IMG/VR virus record: IMGVR_UViG_2811995017_000005
Coordinates: 3,317-67,316 of that record
Reading direction: 5' to 3' (one strand)
DNA: 64,000 nucleotides
Source: a virus
Taxonomy: Duplodnaviria > Caudoviricetes
Shown here: positions 60,907-64,000 of the stretch, in pieces
How the letters are laid out: every line of letters starts with the position of its first letter
How positions within the stretch are numbered: position 1 is the first letter of the stretch
Position numbers and translations under genes: made by a program
Notes under the pieces: generated by a model
Told to the model about the DNA's origin: nothing
Seen by the model: the letters and a program-made list of their open reading frames with translations, nothing else
The model's database searches: none

Positions 60907-61467
60907 TTACTTGCAAATGTCTAAATTATCTACAAAGACAGCATCCCCTAGAGTAAACCTTCGATTAAACGGTTCTAGATCGGGTACATCTTTCCACTCA
61001 AAAACTGTATCATAATAATCATATAGGTAGCTTAACTCTTTAAAATTATTTTTAGCAAAAAACTCTCTAACGAGCTTTTCAATTTTCATAATCTCCAGTG
61101 TTTCTGCAGAACCATTTAAATCAAGTTTGTTGTCACATAACAATCTATGACTAATCCTATAACTCAAGTCCATAATATAAACTGGAATTATTTTTGAAAC
61201 CTTTATAATTACTTGTTGGGATATTATAAAGCCCTCATTTCCAATTATATCTTTTAAATCTATAAAGATTTCATAAGAAGGGGAAACTTTATTTTGAATT
61301 TTTATTTCTTTTACCAATTCAATATTTGCTAACTCCTCTGGAACTAATGTATCCTCCTTCTTACAAATATCTAGAAACCAATCATCAAGTTCTCTAGATA
61401 TGTAAAGCTTATAAAAAAGTGTACTGTATTCAGGATATTCCTCAATAAACTTCTTACCGTGGTGCAA
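60907..61467 (-). CDS. Orphan immunity-like protein
   Basis: SD GGAGG + TTG; very AT-rich. Confidence 0.6.
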   Translation of the reverse strand: MHHGKKFIEEYPEYSTLFYKLYISRELDDWFLDICKKEDTLVPEELANIELVKEIKIQNKVSPSYEIFIDLKDIIGNEGFIISQQVIIKVSKIIPVYIMDLSYRISHRLLCDNKLDLNGSAETLEIMKIEKLVREFFAKNNFKELSYLYDYYDTVFEWKDVPDLEPFNRRFTLGDAVFVDNLDICK

Positions 61468-61967
61468 AATTAATCAACCTCCGTGAAATCTTATAGAAGA
61501 GTTCCCTTGCTTTGTATTAAAACCTAAAACTGAATCGCACTCACCAAGATACCGAGTTCTTCTTCTATTCCCATTTTTTTAATCTACCATGTCGTTGATC
61601 CCACCGCCAATAATTACCTTCCTTATCTATCCATGATTTTTAACCCTTTGCTAATCTTCACACCTCTCTTTTATTCATCCGATTCGTAGACTCAATTAGG
61701 TTATCCAATTGTTGGATTACCTATAATCTTATTTCTTTCATTCATTACAGAAATATAATGATTGTCCTCTCAGTTCTTCTATCATAATTCTTTCGTGGGC
61801 AATTTCCTCATGTCCTTTTGAGATATTTAAAAATAGGCATATCTTAATACTTATTTTCTCTTCCCTGCCTCCAATGTCCTTCTCAACCTTATAAATCGAG
61901 TCCTGAATCTCCGCTTTCGAAGCCTTGTTGACGCTGTTGACGTGTCGTTAGAATCGGTGTCTTTGTA

Positions 61968-62087
61968 GGCGAGGGTGCCGCCTTGCACTTCCGTTCCCCT
62001 GGCGATGTCGCTCAAGGCGTCTGCGCTTTTGGCGAACTGTTTTTTGATGGCGAAGCCTGCGTCGTTCAGCTTGTCCTGGGCTTTCAG
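61968..62087. repeat. 120-bp copy of toxin linker 63194-63313
   Basis: One mismatch in 120 bp; degenerate similarity extends to ~61895. Confidence 0.9.
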
Positions 62088-62212
62088 TCATTAGATCTCG
62101 ATCAGGGATAAAAAAACGCATAGAATTTTCTATGCGCTATAATTATATGGTTATTTTTTAAATTAAAATATACGATAGAACTAGTGTTTATTGTGATTCT
62201 AATTTATTCATA

Positions 62213-62611
62213 TTATAGAATAGCTTTAAAAGGGGCATGTCCTGTTTCTGCATTTCTTAACAATGTTGGTTTTCTAAATCTTAAGCTACACTCTAGTTTG
62301 AAAATTGCTACGTCTTCTTTCATTTCAACAAAAGATACGTCAATCCATATTGGTACAAATGGAGACTGACTACCCAGTAAATTCACAACTTCATCAATTT
62401 CCAAAAATCTATTGCCTATATTTTTTTCACTTAACGCCCATAAGCGCATTCTTTGATCTCGGCCATCAAGCACTTTTCCAGGTTCTTCTATAGGCATTAT
62501 TAAAAATTTACTATTTACATAGTTTAATTGTTTAAATTGTTTTAATTCCTTTAAAGTTTTTAATAAATTCTTTTTAAATATTTCTTTATTCATTTGAGTT
62601 ATTTTCTCCAT
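62213..62611 (-). CDS. Cognate immunity protein
   Basis: Directly downstream of toxin; PIWID...CSLRFRKP...GHAPFK. Confidence 0.7.
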   Translation of the reverse strand: MEKITQMNKEIFKKNLLKTLKELKQFKQLNYVNSKFLIMPIEEPGKVLDGRDQRMRLWALSEKNIGNRFLEIDEVVNLLGSQSPFVPIWIDVSFVEMKEDVAIFKLECSLRFRKPTLLRNAETGHAPFKAIL

Positions 62612-62632
62612 TATTATTTCACCTTCCTTTAC

Positions 62633-64000
62633 TCATTTTATTTTTTGATTAAATATTATTTTATCGTCAACAATATAATTTGATATATTACTCTCAAACT
62701 CATGAATCTCTAGCCAAGCATTTTTTACATTTAACCCCGTTTGATTAAAAGCATCAGGATATTTTTTTGCTTGGTCTGCATTAGGTCTGTAGTGACCTGA
62801 TTCATTACTAATTCTTCTAATCTGACCTTGACCATTTATTTTCAATTTCCCTGCAGCCTGCACATCTTTACCATTGGCTAAATAAGAATGACCACGACCG
62901 ATATGCAGGTTTCCATCCATATCAATAACAAAATCAACCTCATTTATCCCATTAATATTTTTGATTCTACCATTCTCAATCGTAAAATCAAATCTTTTAC
63001 CGAGCTGTTGATCATCTGGAAAGTGGTTTTTTATAGCTTGTACTGATTTAGTCCCAATTGTTGCCTTACCGTCATTGTGTATATTTTTCCCAACACCCTT
63101 ACCAGTCTCAATCCGCTGAATCGACTCCTGTATCTTCGATTTCGAAGCTTGATGAGCGTCATTCACATGTCCGTAGAAATCGGTGCCTTTTCGGGCGAGG
63201 GTGCCGCCTTGCACTTCCGTTCCCCTGGCGATGTCGCTCAAGGCGTCTGCGCTTTTGGCGAACTGTTTTTTGATGGCGAAGCCTGCGTCATTCAGCTTGT
63301 CCTGGGCTTTCAGCCTGCTGACGCGCATGCGGTTGGACCAGAGGGTCTTGCTGTCTTTTAACGATTGTACCACATGTTCCGTTCTGCTTGATAATTTGCC
63401 GATGGTCGCTACGCCTTTAAACGATTGGGTCGCCACGGCTGCTCCCGGAAGTATGTCGAGTGCCCCGAACGCGCCTCTTTCAAATCGTTCTCCTGTATTT
63501 AACTCGCGCCCCGTCATCCAGTCTTTCCCTGTGGCTGCACTGGAGATTTGGGCTGTTCCGTATGCACCTGCTACAACGAGTCCCACGGGTGCACAAAAGA
63601 TGGTGAGCACGACTACACCGCCGCCGATGATGAGATCACGCCACAATTCCTGATTTTTTTGAACGTCGCTGACCGATTCGTACTCAAAGCCGCGGGCTGA
63701 CACGATCGCCTTCGAATAGTCTTCATAGTTCAATTCGATGTCGGGATTTTGGTCTTTAAACGCTTTATATTCTTCGTTCAGCACATGATCAAACGCTGCC
63801 GAGTCTTTGAAAATGTCATTTACGGTGATTTCCGCTTTGTCTTCCTGGACAGCCGTCTTGTTCATGCCGTAGCCGACATAAGTTGTTTCTTTGGAGCCGA
63901 TGCGGTTTTTGGTCTTGTAGTTGTGGAGTGACAGGCCTTCCATTTTATCCGCGAAAGCGTCGAGCTTTTTGGCAAAAGGCGCATCAATATGGTCTTCCAC
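62633..64000 (-). CDS. LXG-type T7SS polymorphic toxin (partial) with pre-toxin TG domain
   Basis: TGKDWMTGREL...ER PT-TG; toxin tip GHSYL...AAG...SNESGHYRP. Confidence 0.85.
   Translation of the reverse strand: MEDHIDAPFAKKLDAFADKMEGLSLHNYKTKNRIGSKETTYVGYGMNKTAVQEDKAEITVNDIFKDSAAFDHVLNEEYKAFKDQNPDIELNYEDYSKAIVSARGFEYESVSDVQKNQELWRDLIIGGGVVVLTIFCAPVGLVVAGAYGTAQISSAATGKDWMTGRELNTGERFERGAFGALDILPGAAVATQSFKGVATIGKLSSRTEHVVQSLKDSKTLWSNRMRVSRLKAQDKLNDAGFAIKKQFAKSADALSDIARGTEVQGGTLARKGTDFYGHVNDAHQASKSKIQESIQRIETGKGVGKNIHNDGKATIGTKSVQAIKNHFPDDQQLGKRFDFTIENGRIKNINGINEVDFVIDMDGNLHIGRGHSYLANGKDVQAAGKLKINGQGQIRRISNESGHYRPNADQAKKYPDAFNQTGLNVKNAWLEIHEFESNISNYIVDDKIIFNQKIK

Overview
Positions 1 to ~59,455 are most of a temperate siphovirus prophage of a Bacillus subtilis/licheniformis-group host (inferred from gene families, sigma-A promoters and Cheo boxes). 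It lies almost entirely on the minus strand and is integrated at the 3' end of a host tRNA-Ala(GGC). From right to left: integrase; early/replication genes (initiator, DnaC-like loader, DnaB helicase, primase); a displaced ImmR/ImmA switch next to a sigma-like gene; SSB, PolA, nucleases, nrdIEF, dut, thyX; late regulator; MTase; an accessory block; terS; a tRNA/ncRNA/KTSC/recombinase island; then terL, head and tail genes. The tail runs off the left edge. Right of the tRNA is a host LXG-type polymorphic toxin/immunity array. Most notable: (1) at least four genes (terL, portal, late sigma-r4 regulator, 3D muralytic enzyme) have strong SD sequences pointing to a non-canonical ATC start; (2) a LexA-boxed sigma-A promoter lies inside the helicase gene and points antisense at the repressor operon and into a sigma factor that occupies the 'cro' position; (3) a phage-borne reverse-architecture T7SS lipase toxin with a divergent candidate immunity gene; (4) a small recombinase with dif-like sites bracketing an RNA island between terS and terL. 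All product calls come from motif recognition by eye; no database searches were run.
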